A stretch of 64,000 nt of DNA from Eledone cirrhosa. Taxonomy: Eukaryota. The DNA is taken from the NCBI GenBank assembly GCA_964016885.1, contig CAXHJY010001228.1:35658-99657 (forward strand), in the 5' to 3' direction. A program made the translations under genes and the position numbers. How positions within the stretch are numbered: the stretch's first letter is position 1; each line of letters begins with the position of its first letter. Shown here piece after piece: positions 12,011 to 25,625 of the stretch. Under the pieces are notes generated by a model. It was not told the origin of the DNA. It made no database searches and saw only the letters and a list, made by a program, of their open reading frames with translations.

Positions 12011-12439
12011 TAATAAGTTAGATGGTAGAAAAATAAATATATTGATAAAAATGTCTATATTATGAGACAGTAAGCATGCACATACATGTACACCAGGTCA
12101 GAACACAGAGGAGCCGAACTCCCACTGTCATCACCTCCGTCTCTCTCGCCCTCCTCATCTCTCATGTAGATGAGGTCCGAACACAGAGGAGCCGAACTCT
12201 CACGGTCACCACCTCCATCTCTCTCGCCCTCCCCATCTCTCACTATTACGAGCAAATGGTGCCCCACGTGTAGGCCGCCCCACGGCCCCGGCGGATAGAA
12301 TGGCGAAGGCGTTTCCTCGGAGGATGGTAAGGGAGATGCGTTGGAAGAGCTATTCCATCTCGCGAGGCTCACACCTATGGCTCGCCAGCTCAGAGCCTAT
12401 GGTGGTAAGTTTCTGATTTCGGCAAAGGTGGACAATCTC

Positions 12440-12600
12440 GGTGGAGGGGAAAGTCGATTACATCGATTCCAGTGCCTTACTGGTACTTTCCTTTCATCCT
12501 TACGGTATAGATAAAGTTAACGTCGGATTTCAACTCAGAATGCAAATAACTATGCCAAAAAGCATGTTTCTGACACTCTACCAATTCTGCCAACCCATCG
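12440..12600 (-). mobile_element. Diverged tRNA-derived SINE
   Basis: Similar to 21847-22034 (CCAGTGC..ACTGGTACTTT...TTCAACTCAGAA...CTACCAATTCTGCCAA). Confidence 0.6.
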
Positions 12601-13816
12601 TCCTGTGTGTGTGTGCGTGTGTGTGTGCGTGTGCGTGTGCGTGTGCGTGTGCGTGTGCGTGTGCGTGTGTGATAATAGCAATGGCAACAGTAACAATAAT
12701 TGCACCATGCTCACCCATTGTACAAACTTACAATGGCTGCATGTCCATAGAAGGATTTCTAGTTTAGGCACCAGACCAACATTTTGGGGGAAGAAGAAAT
12801 TCGATTAAATTGACCCGCAGTGTTTGACAGCATGTGTAAATTTTCTCCTTTGTATATCGTCAAAGAGGAGATCTCACATTTTAGGTATACAGAAGTCGAC
12901 AATAACATGAATAAAATATAACGAAACTGAAAATAAATGATAATGGCCAATATATTGGAAAAAAAAATTATCTGTGTATTCAATAATAGATAAATACTGT
13001 AAGATACCATAAATAATCGTGATTAATGAAGATTTGATTCGAATAAAGTTTAAATTTTTATCAACCAAAAATTAAACGAAAAAAATCATTCAAATTTTGA
13101 TGAAAAATTAGATACATACCCACCCCACAAAAATCTCATATTTAAATGGCACAGTCTACTACACTGACCAATATTAGGAGAACTTTATCACCAAAGGAAT
13201 AAACTGTAGTAATTTTACGTAAAATTTAACACAATATATATATTAATATTAAAATCTATAATTATAATTATTTTAATTAATATAGTTTATTATTGTTTCA
13301 ACCAGCGACTGACCTTCACCTGCTGAGACCCTAACCTATATGAAATTTGAGACCCTAGAATTATATGAATTTTGAGACCCTAAGCTGTATGAAATTTGAG
13401 GCCCTTCTCTAAAAAATATTCGGGTAAATCAATTTACATTATTATTTATTGATGATTACAGAATCAAATTAGTTCTAAAATGTTCCCTTTAACTAATTAA
13501 TTAATTATTCTATTCGCCGCATAGAAAAATAAATATATATTTTAAAAAAATGATGCCCCCTAAGGCGTGTCATGATAGGAAAAACCTGATTTTATATTCA
13601 TTCAGAATACAATGCTACACATGGGGCACCTATTGAAATACTGGTGAGAAAATTGTTATTGGCTAATGGAAAGAAAAGAAAAAATATAATTATATATAGG
13701 TCGATTACTACAAATGTAATCCACACTAAAAAGAAGAAAATGAAATGCAGTCCATAATAGTGCTTGAAGAAGTGACAACATATAAGTGTGAAAAATAAAG
13801 GAAAGAACGTGTTAAA

Positions 13817-13861
<45 letters not shown>

Positions 13862-14258
13862 GTATGTGTGTGTGTGCGTGTGCGTTTTTGTGTGTGTGAC
13901 TATAGAAAAACACATTTATATATAGGCTTATAGGTATACTTGTTTTATAAGCGTATAAAAGATGTAACGATTGACACATGTACGCACAACCATACATACA
14001 ACCATACATACAACCATACATACAACCATACATACAACCATACATACAACCATACATACAACCATACATAAATACTGAAATACATTCATGTTCCCCCCCC
14101 CCTACATATCTACCAACCTTCTTAACTACATACATACCTACTTACATACATACCTACCTATTTACCTACCTATCTACATACATATATACATACCTAGTTA
14201 CATACCTACCTCCTTACTCACATACATACCTATATACCTACCTTCCTACATACATACA

Positions 14259-14368
14259 TGATGGCTGCCCCCTCGCTATCGAGTATGGCCAATGCACGAG
14301 GAGAAAGAAAAAAAAATAATAATAAATAAATAAAAATAAAATAAAAATAAAAAAAAAATAAAAAGAAG

Positions 14369-14400
<32 letters not shown>

Positions 14401-15646
14401 CATACATATATATACACACACACACACACACACATACTCACACACACATACATTAATAACAATAACAACAATAATAATAATAACAACAACAATAATGATA
14501 TACATATACATATATATACACACACACACGCACACACATAAGCATATCTACACACACACACACACACACGATAGCAACTAACAGCGCTGCGATCGAATGT
14601 GGCTTTTTAGCCCAGCCAATGATCTAAAATGTCTTGCACAGAGTCGGCAACCAAAACATTTACTGGAAATAGCCGGCTGTGGCTGGAGTTCGTGTACTTT
14701 TGCATGTCGCTTGAGCCCTCCTGCTGATTTACATTCTCTACCACATGTTTGGCAAGCATGATGAGTAGCATCTCCAACAGCAGCCTGGTAATCAACCACT
14801 GGTCTTACTTACGATGACTGCGAAGATGACTTTCGAGTCCAGCTTTGCTTAGGCAGAGTCTCGCACATACGGTGCATGTCAGCACCATAGGAGGACCCTC
14901 GCCGTCTGGAAGTGCAACAGCAATGCCTTTCCTCACATCCCGCTTTACTTTCTCGTATGCGATTCGAGATGCCTCAAAGGCAACTTTTCCCTCATATACA
15001 GTCTTTCTCCATTTATTACGATCAGCAGCAATATTCTCCCATGTATCAGCAGAGATGTTAGCGTCTTTCAGAGAGGCTTTCAAGGAATCCTTATACCTCT
15101 TTTTTGGTTTATGTGGCGGTCGTTTTCCTTTAACCAACTCTCCATAAAAGAGTTGTTTTGGTATTCTAGAATCCTTCATCCTGGCAAGGTGACCACTCCA
15201 ACGGAGTCGTTGCTTAAGCACAAGAGCTTCTAGACTGTCACACATAGAGCTTTCCAAAATCTCGACAACACTGATGTGGTCCCTCCAGTGAACGCCGTGG
15301 ATCCACATCTGATGGAAACGCTCCAATTGCTTTAGGTGGTGTCGATATGTGACCCAGGTATCGCAGGCATAAAGAAGACAATAGAGCACACATGCCCTGT
15401 ACACCTTTACCTTTGTCCTCCTGCATATGTCTCGCCGACCCAAGAGTCGCCTTTCTAGCTTTCCGAAAGCATCACTTGCTTTCCTAATCCTAAGTGAGAT
15501 TTCACTGTCAAGTTTGCTGTATCGATTGACAGTGCTTCCCAGGTAGACAAACTGATCAACCACTCCAAGTCGTTTGCCATACACATAGATGTTTGGTTCA
15601 GTGTACTGCTTACCAGGGGCAGGTTGGTACATGACGACGGTTTTCA
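14259..15646 (-). mobile_element. RTE-clade LINE copy 3, 5'-truncated, inverted relative to copy 2
   Basis: ORFs 14805-15806 and 14578-14799 match copy 2. It has the same microsatellite-containing 3' UTR and tail, a 9-nt in-frame deletion (HQMWIH), and reads LFYGELVK where copies 1 and 2 have a stop. Confidence 0.94.
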
Positions 15647-15680
15647 TACATACATACATACATACATACATACATACATA

Positions 15681-16290
15681 CATGGTGGCTGCCAACTCGT
15701 TTTCGAGTACGGCCACTACTTTATATCCATGTAGGAGAACCCCTACCGATGCGCTGAACGAGTGTGACTTTTTAGTCCAGCCAGCGACTTGAAAACTCTG
15801 GTACAAACACTACACTTGTGACAATTACTGACACATAGTGCTGGGCCCATGGTACCATGTGACGACAAGTGCAGAGAGATCTCCAGATATAAAGCAATGC
15901 CTGTGCCGTGAAGCTTTTATAGTGAGCAAAGGCACTGCACAAAGCCAGTCCCACTCTCTTAACCAAGATGATATTTACCAAAAAGAAGAACAAGTCAACA
16001 TCATTGGATACCATCAGGGTTGCAGGTGTTATATCAGAGTTTTCCTTCTCCTAGAATTCTGCCTTGACAAAGGCTAAGGGGTCATCTCTCCCGGTGATTT
16101 TGGATGGCCATTGACTCTTAAGAGCTCCTTTGCCCTTTGACAGGTTTTGTTTTTAGTCCTGCAGGATGTCCAAAGTCACCCTCCTCACCAAGAAACCTTG
16201 GTGGGGTTGCCAGTTTAGTCGCCAACGACCCGACCATGGGACAGGTTGTACTGGGATACATGTTACCAGTAGCACCAACTGGTGACCTGA
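15681..16290 (-). mobile_element. Non-coding element carrying an RTE-type 3' tail (possible non-autonomous RTE derivative or SINE)
   Basis: The minus-strand end GGCCGTACTCGAAAACGAGTTGGCAGCCACC(ATGT)n is a diverged match to the LINE tail GGCCATACTCGATAACGAGGTGGCAGCCATC(ATGT)n. The body has no RT motifs. Confidence 0.55.
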
Positions 16291-16337
16291 CATATATACA
16301 TATATACATACATACAAGAATATATTTTGAATATATA

Positions 16338-16686
16338 TGGATCCACATCTGATGGAAACGCTCCAATTGCTTTAGGTGGTGTCGATATGTGACCCAGGTA
16401 TCGCAGGCATAAAGAAGACAATAGAGCACACATGCCCTGTACACCTTTACCTTTGTCCTCCTGCATATGTCTCGCCGACCCAAGAGTCGCCTTTCTAGCT
16501 TTCCGAAAGCATCACTTGCTTTCCTAATCCTAAGTGAGATTTCACTGTCAAGTTTGCTGTATCGATTGACAGTGCTTCCCAGGTAGACAAACTGATCAAC
16601 CACTCCAAGTCGTTTGCCATACACATAGATGTTTGGTTCAGTGTACTGCTTACCAGGGGCAGGTTGGTACATGACGACGGTTTTCA
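16338..16686 (-). mobile_element. Local duplicate of the 5' part of RTE copy 3
   Basis: Appears identical to 15298-15646 (offset 1040), including the 9-nt deletion and the same truncation point next to (TACA)n. Confidence 0.92.
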
Positions 16687-17184
16687 TACATACATACATA
16701 CATACATACATACATACATACATACATACATACATACATACATACATACACACATACATATAAATGGGTAAATACACTAGATATTTGAAGATTAACAGAA
16801 CATAATTCAGATAATTATTTTAAAAAGGTCAAAGATTAGTTAATAGATGGTAAATAAATAGGAGTTAAAACAAACATATAAGTATATATTCCTAATTTGT
16901 TATGGATAGAAGTATTTATAGCAACTGCAAGGATAAAAAGAGTTAAAAATATAACCAGGGGTTTTCTATATTGATAATTTGTTGGCTAGTTATGAATGAG
17001 GGTGGGCTGAAAAGTTCATTATTTGACTATGAAGGAGTGATGCTAGACTGAGAAATCTTGCATGCATTAATTTTAACACTTTTATACTGCATTGTTGCTT
17101 TCCAAGTAAATACAGCTGATTTCTTCCAGCAAAATAAAGAGAAGAAAAGGAAGAGAGAATTGTGAAAGATAACATAGAGGGAGA

Positions 17185-17270
17185 ATAGACCCCAGCATTG
17201 AACTGGTATCAATCTCGAAAGAATGAAAGGCAAAGTTGACCTCGGCGGGATTTGAACTCAGATCCGAAAA
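17185..17270 (-). mobile_element. tRNA-derived SINE fragment
   Basis: GAATGAAAGGCAAAGTTGACCTCGGCGGGATTTGAACTCAGA matches the other SINE copies. Confidence 0.7.
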
Positions 17271-17634
17271 TGAATACAATAAAGCATATAAATTACACAT
17301 AAGGTATCATATAGTCATTTCATGAGAGTATTTTGGTCAGCGTATGAACATTTCAGCCGACCCTCGTAGTTAGGTTGAAAAAAAAAGAATATTCTGGCTA
17401 CATGGTATTATTCTCGCCAACATATTCCTCTCTAAAAAGAATTTGAAGAGATGTAACCATACATATATCACAAGAATGGGTATAATCGAACATTTGTCCA
17501 TATTCGCCATTTTAGCTAATATGTCATATCGTCATGATTTCTGCATTTATTTCGTCGTCATTCACACAGAGTATATAAATATATTGTTCGATATGGAAAA
17601 AAAACAACATGAGTAAATGAAAAAAACTACACAG

Positions 17635-17805
17635 CGGAACGATACAGTACAACGAAGATATATATTAGTTTAACGCTTGATATAGCAGGAAAAAGCCTTT
17701 TACATTCATGCATATTTACATATATAAATACACTCACACACATATTTTCCTACTATATCAAGCGTAAAACTAATAATATATTTCTGCATTGTACTGTGTC
17801 GTTTG
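17635..17805. repeat. Inverted pair of fragments of the repeat that follows the HHR at 39399
   Basis: TTAGTTTAACGCTTGATATAGCAGGAAAA pairs with TTTTCCTACTATATCAAGCGTAAAACTAA. The same sequence occurs at 39440-39470. Confidence 0.65.
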
Positions 17806-17898
17806 TTTTCCTATTTCTGTTTGCCCTTTGCATATATATGCCCCCCTCCCATATTCGCTAATTCCAAAGCCGAAATACGATTCTCGCTAATTTATATT

Positions 17899-17947
<49 letters not shown>

Positions 17948-17981
17948 ACACATGATTTATATATATATACACACATGATAT

Positions 17982-18012
<31 letters not shown>

Positions 18013-18179
18013 ATTCGTATTTTTATTTTTTTTGCAAGATTTCTTACCTGAAAACGTGTGTTGAAACAGATATTGTTATACTTGGGGGGTGGGGGGATAA
18101 AAACACAGTTGTTTTTATTGGCAACATGACCCTTCCAAAGTATAACAATATATACATATATATACATATAAAAATGAGA

Positions 18180-18211
<32 letters not shown>

Positions 18212-18599
18212 TTATATACATAAGACAAACAGAGAGTTGCATCTTTATCTCGTCAGCCACCTTGCTTGCCTACAGTTTCGTGCGCATATATCTAAGGTGA
18301 TAAATTATTAAAGTCGTTAAAACATCGGATAGAACGTCTTGAGATATTCGTCCCTCCTCTCTGCACTCTCATTTTAAAACCCCTTATTTTCAACTTTGTC
18401 TTTCATCTTTCGATATTGACAAGAAAAGTACCAGTGCATTACTGAGCTCCCTTCTCACCTTCTTTCTCCTTCTTTCTGTCTCTTTCCAAGTCGGCCATAT
18501 TCTTAGCTCGAGAAAGATGGGATCCACCAGGTTAAAAGAAGCATGCTCCTAGGACTCCATCGGGAGTCCATGGATGAGGGGATATATTATATAGATTAT

Positions 18600-18651
<52 letters not shown>

Positions 18652-18671
18652 CGAGAGCGAGAGCGAGAGAG

Positions 18672-18722
<51 letters not shown>

Positions 18723-19496
18723 GAAAGTTCAGTTTCTGTGAGGAAAAGAAAAAAAGACAAATGCTTCAGGCAGCTTTTCCTACGTCTGAGAGTGAAGAAG
18801 GAGAGGTAAATTGGTTCTATCGATTTGGTTGTAGGCAAAGAAATAGAAAAGGAACTGAAAGAGTGCTGTAATGTGTGAAATAAGTGGAAAAGGCTGTTGA
18901 GGTGTTGAAATAAGGAAAGGAAAGGTAGGAAAATGTAAGTAAAAGAAGAATGAAACGATATTCGCTATTGAGAGGTGTTTGTTGCGTTATGACTACAAAT
19001 TAATCAGCAACATACAAAGGTCATTTTAACAGCTGGAGAGGGTCATAGTTAGAGATATTTCCCACCAGATACAACAATATTTCAACCAGTTGACTTCAAG
19101 TTTACATTACTAATTACAACAAAAACTAATCTAAATGTATTAACATCAATACAAATGTATTTCGTTACGACTTCTATCATGTCTTCGTTTTCGTCTTCGT
19201 ATTTTCCCTGTCTTTTCTTTGTTTCTTTCTCTTGCTCAATTACATATATCTGTGGCTATCAGTAGTCTAAGCTATCGTTACATACATTAACTTTGACAAA
19301 AGCGAAGAACAGCGCAATGTAGTTCCAGGTACGTGATACAAAATACCGATTATTCAAATGATAATGAAATGGATCAGTAGATAAACTTATATATATGCCT
19401 TGTTTTCTTCATTTTAATTGTTGTTTAGCCCCAGGTAAGTTCTAATTAGGCACCTATGATCAAAGGTGTTCCTTCTGCAACCATATTGAACTTCTT

Positions 19497-21372
19497 TGGT
19501 TTTAGTGGTGTATATTAGAATAAAGGCTTGGGTTTAGTGGTGTATATTAGATTACAGACTTGGTTATAGTGGTGTATATTGGAATACAGACTTGGGTTTA
19601 GTGGTGTATATTAGATTACAGACTTGGTTTTAGTGGTGTATATTAGAATACCGACTTGGTTTAAGTGGTGTATATTGGAATACAGACTTGGGTTTTATTG
19701 GTATATATTAGACTACAGACTTGGGTTTAGTGGTGTATATTAGACTACAAACTTGGGTTTAGTGGTGTATATTAGAATATGGACTTGGTTTTAGTGGTGT
19801 ATATTAGAATACAGACTTAGATTTTAGTGGTGTATATTAGACTACAGACTTGGGTTTTAGTGGTGTATATTAGACTATAGACATGGTTTTAGTGGTGTAT
19901 ATTAGACTACAGACTTGGGTTTAGTGTTGTATATTAGAATATGGACTTGGTTTTAGTGGTGTATATTAGAATACAGACTTGGGTTTTAGTGGTGTATATT
20001 AGACTACAGACTTGGGTTTTAGTGGTGTATATTAGACTACAGACTTGGTTTTAGTGGTGTATATTAGAATATAGACTTGGGTTTTAGTGGTGTATATTAG
20101 AATATAGACTTGGATTTTAGTGGTGTATATTAGAATATAGACTTGGGTTTAGTGGTGTATATTAGAATACAGAATTGGTTTTAGTGGTGTATATTAGAAT
20201 ATAGACTTGGGTTTTAGTGGTGTATATTAGAATATAGACTTGGGTTTTAGTGGTGTATATTAGACTATAGACTTGGTTTTAGTGGTGTATATTAGAATAC
20301 AGACTTGGTTTTAGTGGTGTATATTAGAATATAGACTTGGTTTTAGTGGTATATATTAGAATATAGACTTGGGTTTTAGTGGTGTATATTAGAATATAGA
20401 CTTGGGTTTTAGTGGTGTATATTAGAATATAGACTTGGGTTTTAGTGGTATATATTAGAATACAGACTTGGTTTTAGTGGTGTATATTAGAATACAGACT
20501 TGGGTTTTAGTGGTGTATATTAGAATACAGACTTGGGTTTTAGTGGTGTATATTAGAATACAGACTTGGGTTTTAGTGGTGTATATTAGAATATAGACTT
20601 GGGTTTTAGTGGTGTATATTAGAATATAGACTTGGGTTTTAGTGGTGTATATTAGAATACAGACTTGGTTTTAGTGGTATATATTAGAATATAGACTTGG
20701 GTTTTAGTGGTGTATATTAGAATACAGACTTGGTTTTAGTGGTGTATATTAGAATACAGACTTGGGTTTTAGTGGTGTATATTAGACTACAGACTTGGTT
20801 TTAGTGGTATATATTAGAATATAGACTTGGTTTTAGTGGTATATATTAGAATATAGACTTGGGTTTTAGTGGTGTATATTAGAATACAGACTTGGTTTTA
20901 GTGGTGTATATTAGAATACAGACTTGGGTTTTAGTGGTGTATATTAGAATATAGACTTGGGTTTTAGTGGTGTATATTAGAATATAGACTTGGGTTTTAG
21001 TGGTGTATATTAGAATGCAGACTTGGGTTTTAGTGGTGTATATTAGAATGCAGACTTGGGTTTTAGTGGTGTATATTAGAATACAGACTTGGGTTTTAGT
21101 GGTGTATATTAGAATACAGACTTGGGTTTTAGTGGTGTATATTAGAATATAGACTTGGGTTTTAGTGGTGTATATTAGAATGCAGACTTGGGTTTTAGTG
21201 GTGTATATTAGAATATAGACTTGTGTTTTAGTGGTGTATATTAGAATGCAGACTTGGGTTTTAGTGGTGTATATTAGAATATAGACTTGTGTTTTAGTGG
21301 TGTATATTAGCATGCAGGCTTGGGTTTTAGTGGTGTATATTAGAATATAGACTTGGGTTTTAGTGGTGTATA
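19497..21372. repeat. 32-33 bp minisatellite, roughly 57 units
   Basis: Unit TTTTAGTGGTGTATATTAGAATACAGACTTGGG repeats head-to-tail with no unique spacers. It produces the YTTKTQVYILI repeat in ORF 20879-21757. Confidence 0.97.
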
Positions 21373-21583
21373 TGATTGGGTAAGACAGATTAGCGAGATA
21401 GATGAAGATGGATGAATATAGTTGGGTTGGTACACAGCATGCAAGTCCAGGAACTGTTATCGTAACAATCACGAGAGAGAGAGAGAGAGAGAGGGTGTGT
21501 GATGATGTGTGTGTGTGAGAGGGAGACACAGTGAGAGAGAGGGGGATTGTAAAAGAGAGAAAGTGTGTATTTATGTATGTGTG

Positions 21584-21669
<86 letters not shown>

Positions 21670-21688
21670 GGTGCGTCAGAGAGAAAGA

Positions 21689-21741
<53 letters not shown>

Positions 21742-21846
21742 ACAATCTATCGTTCAACGTGCATGCGTAAGTTGGGTATTAATGAATAAAGTTTTTAAAA
21801 TAAAAAGTTTAACAATATTTTTTTAAAATAAAATCGCGTCTATAAT

Positions 21847-22034
21847 TGTTTCTACTTTTGGCACAAGGCCAGCAATTATCCCAGTGCATTACTGGTACTT
21901 TATTTTATCGACCCCGTAAGGATGAAAGGCAAAGTTTACCTCGGCGGGATTTGAACTCAGATCATAAAGGGAGGTAACTCTATGCTTCAAAGCATGGCGT
22001 CCGACCCTTACCGATACTGCCAATCCACCGCCTT
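21847..22034 (-). mobile_element. tRNA-derived SINE, full length, 16-bp TSD
   Basis: The minus strand has A-box-like TGGCAGTATCGG and B-box-like GAGTTCAAATCC. TSD AAATCGCGTCTATAAT is at 21831-21846 and 22035-22050. Confidence 0.88.
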
Positions 22035-22439
22035 AAATCGCGTCTATAATGAAACAGTTCCCGGTTTGAGTTTAAATACTTAGCAGAGATTTCGTTCCAT
22101 AATTTTGGTGCTACACCTAATTTTATATAACCAAATATCAACCAGGCCGTCGATAATGGCAAGCATATATTTTTGATCGGAAGATGCTGGCTGTAATGTA
22201 ATATCCTATTCTCCAGGGAAAGTTTCATATATCATCTCCTAATATCATAAGTCTGGATCTCAGCATCAACTCGTGAAAGTTCGCCCATTGGGGATACTTG
22301 GAGTAGTGAAAGAGGGATATATTTATATATTTACATTATAGCATTCGCTATCGTCTGCTACCAATTCACTTTCAACAAGAATGCTTCGCACAATACAATA
22401 TAAACATGTTTTATACAGACACACACTATCATAAATACA

Positions 22440-22459
22440 CTATATATATATACACCTTT

Positions 22460-22542
<83 letters not shown>

Positions 22543-23304
22543 CATATATATATAGATATAGATATATGCATATATATATAGATATACATACATGCATATA
22601 TATACATACATATATACATATATGCATATATATACATATATATATAGATATACATATATGCATATATATACATATATATATAGATATACATATATGCATA
22701 TATATACATATATATATAGATATACATATATGCATATATATACATACATATATAGATATACATATATGCATATATATACATATATATATACATATATGCA
22801 TATACATATATATATAGATATACATATATGCATATATATACATACATATATACATATATGCATATATATACATATATATATAGATATACATATATGCATA
22901 TATATACATACATGCATATATATACATACATATATACATATATGCATATATATACATACATATATATATATATATATATATGTATGTATACACATATATA
23001 TGTATAAATATATATATATATATATATATATGTATACACATATATATGTATAAATATATATATATGTATATATATATATGTATACACATATATATGTATA
23101 CATATATATATGTATACACATATGTATACACATATATAAGTATACATATATATATGTATACACATATATATATATATGTATACACATATATGTATACATA
23201 CAAATTTATATATATATATATATATGTATACATAGATATATGTATACATATATATATATAAACATATATATATATAAACATATATATAAACATATATATA
23301 TATA

Positions 23305-23354
<50 letters not shown>

Positions 23355-23502
23355 TAGATATATGTAAATGTAAATGTAAATATATATATATACATATATA
23401 AATGAAAGGTATAGAAAGTATTGTAGCAAGAAGCCAACAGTATTCCATAATAGATAAGTGACTATAGCGTCAAAATGGGAAAATAGTTAACGTAAGATGT
23501 GG

Positions 23503-23557
<55 letters not shown>

Positions 23558-23651
23558 TATGAATATATATGTGTACATATATCATATATATCACATATGA
23601 TATATGTACACATATACCTTCCCCCCATCTATATATATATATATATACACA

Positions 23652-23688
<37 letters not shown>

Positions 23689-23780
23689 CTATATATATAT
23701 ACACATCTATATATATATACACATCTATATATATATATATATATACACATCTATATATATATATACATATAATTTATAGT
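22440..23780. repeat. Compound (TA)n/(TACA)n microsatellite field
   Basis: Low-complexity TA repeats with local 24-bp periodicity (TAGATATACATATATGCATATATATACA-like). Confidence 0.95.
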
Positions 23781-24998
23781 AATAGAAGGATATATGATCA
23801 GATCACTTCATCCATTCATAGTGAAATAAAGTTGGCAAGGTCACAATAAAAATGGTAACATTCGGTACATAACTCAGCTAAGAGGCGCTTCATATACTGT
23901 CATAAATATTTATTGACATTTGTAATCAATGAGCATGGAGGAATTATTGAGAAAGAATTACAATATTCTATAATCATTAACCATGTACATACTGTACGAA
24001 TAGCTGAATAGGCCAGTTTGTGATATCTATGAATGGTAGTAGTTTTATGTTCTCTCCCTGAGTCCATATAATAGAAGGATGCTATTATTTGTCGGTTGTA
24101 AATCCTTTCCTGTCCATTTGTCAGATCGTAATATATTACAACATATGCCACAGCAATGGGAGGCGGGGCAGGGCTGGTCACTTTCTAGATTAGTTTCACT
24201 TTCCCTTTCACTCTCCCAATATCTTCTTCGCAATCTCTTGTTGTTATTTTCAGATTACAACCTCAAAGCTCGATACTTTGACAAATTCCCGATTAACGCC
24301 AATATTTCAGAAAAGTCAATATTTCAGATATTGTCACTTGTGTTGGCCTGTGATATGTATAATAATGATTACTTTTTAATCTCACTAGTTAAGAAATCTC
24401 TCTCTCTCCCTCTCTACCCCCCCTCTCTCATCCCCTTCTTATTTCTCTTTGCAAACGCGTACCATGAAATAGTATTACTCTAAAAACGACGATAGGTGGC
24501 GGTTGTAATGAATGGATGCAGGAGCAGAGGGAGAAGTGAGTTAGTTTAATTTTGCTACATATTAATAAAAAAAAATATTATATTGCTACAGAATACATTT
24601 ATAGATTTTAGCTAACACAGTATGTAAGCTCTCTTTATACATAATATCATAGTACAGTATAGCAATGAAACACTGTTAACACACTATCGAACTAAATGCA
24701 CTTTACATTCAAATGTCCGATGTATTTAGTGGTTTTATTAGTAATGACCCCTTGTGCAAGTTAAAGGTGGTACTCGGCAGCTGAAGAAACCTCAACACAG
24801 GAGTTAAATTAAATTGCCATAAGAAGCAGTAAGAAAATTTGAAATGTGGAGTTTAGGAGTCTGGCATCGATTCTTCCTCTGTCTCTTTCTAGGTGGCTTT
24901 CTCTCCTCTATCTCTGGAAGTAAATGGCTGTTTTCAGAACTGGAGAGACACACGTTCCATCAGGTTTAATTTGCCCAAGACAAGCCATGTGTGCGTGC

Positions 24999-25071
<73 letters not shown>

Positions 25072-25566
25072 GACACAGATAGCTGGGAAAAAGGAGTTAT
25101 ACCTGTAATTCAAGTGGCCAGCTTTGTCACACATGGTGTTAAACTGAATCTCCCCGAGAACTACGGTAGCGATACATGTGTTTATAAAATGATCAGCCAC
25201 ATACAAGTGAATTTCACGAGCGGACAGTTCTACTGATTGAATTAACTGGAGCACAAGTTGTGTGAAAAAGACTTCCTCCTACAATAATATCTCTTTAGTG
25301 ATTCCATTCACCTCTAATTTAGCAAATAATCCCCTGCAGTGATATACCATTATAATACGTTTCTTGAACATTTGTGAAAAGAACCAGTTGTAACATAATG
25401 CACAGTACTTTATTTCAGTAAAAGTCTATTTATTAAAGAAGATAGAATACAGAGACACACAATTATTTACGTCACATTGTTTTCGTTATATCCTTCTCAT
25501 ATATCATTGTCATAGCCAAGCAACATCTGTGTAAAGATTTATATACACTCACACACACACACATCA

Positions 25567-25624
<58 letters not shown>

Positions 25625-25625
<1 letters not shown>

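Noticed and set aside
19497-21372. CRISPR-like 32-33 bp repeats
   Set aside because: Units are contiguous with no unique spacers, no cas genes are present, and the context is eukaryotic. The 11-aa repeat ORF is open only where units happen to be 33 bp.
21900-22034. tRNA gene
   Set aside because: A and B boxes are present but there is no cloverleaf. Multiple diverged copies with TSDs indicate a SINE.
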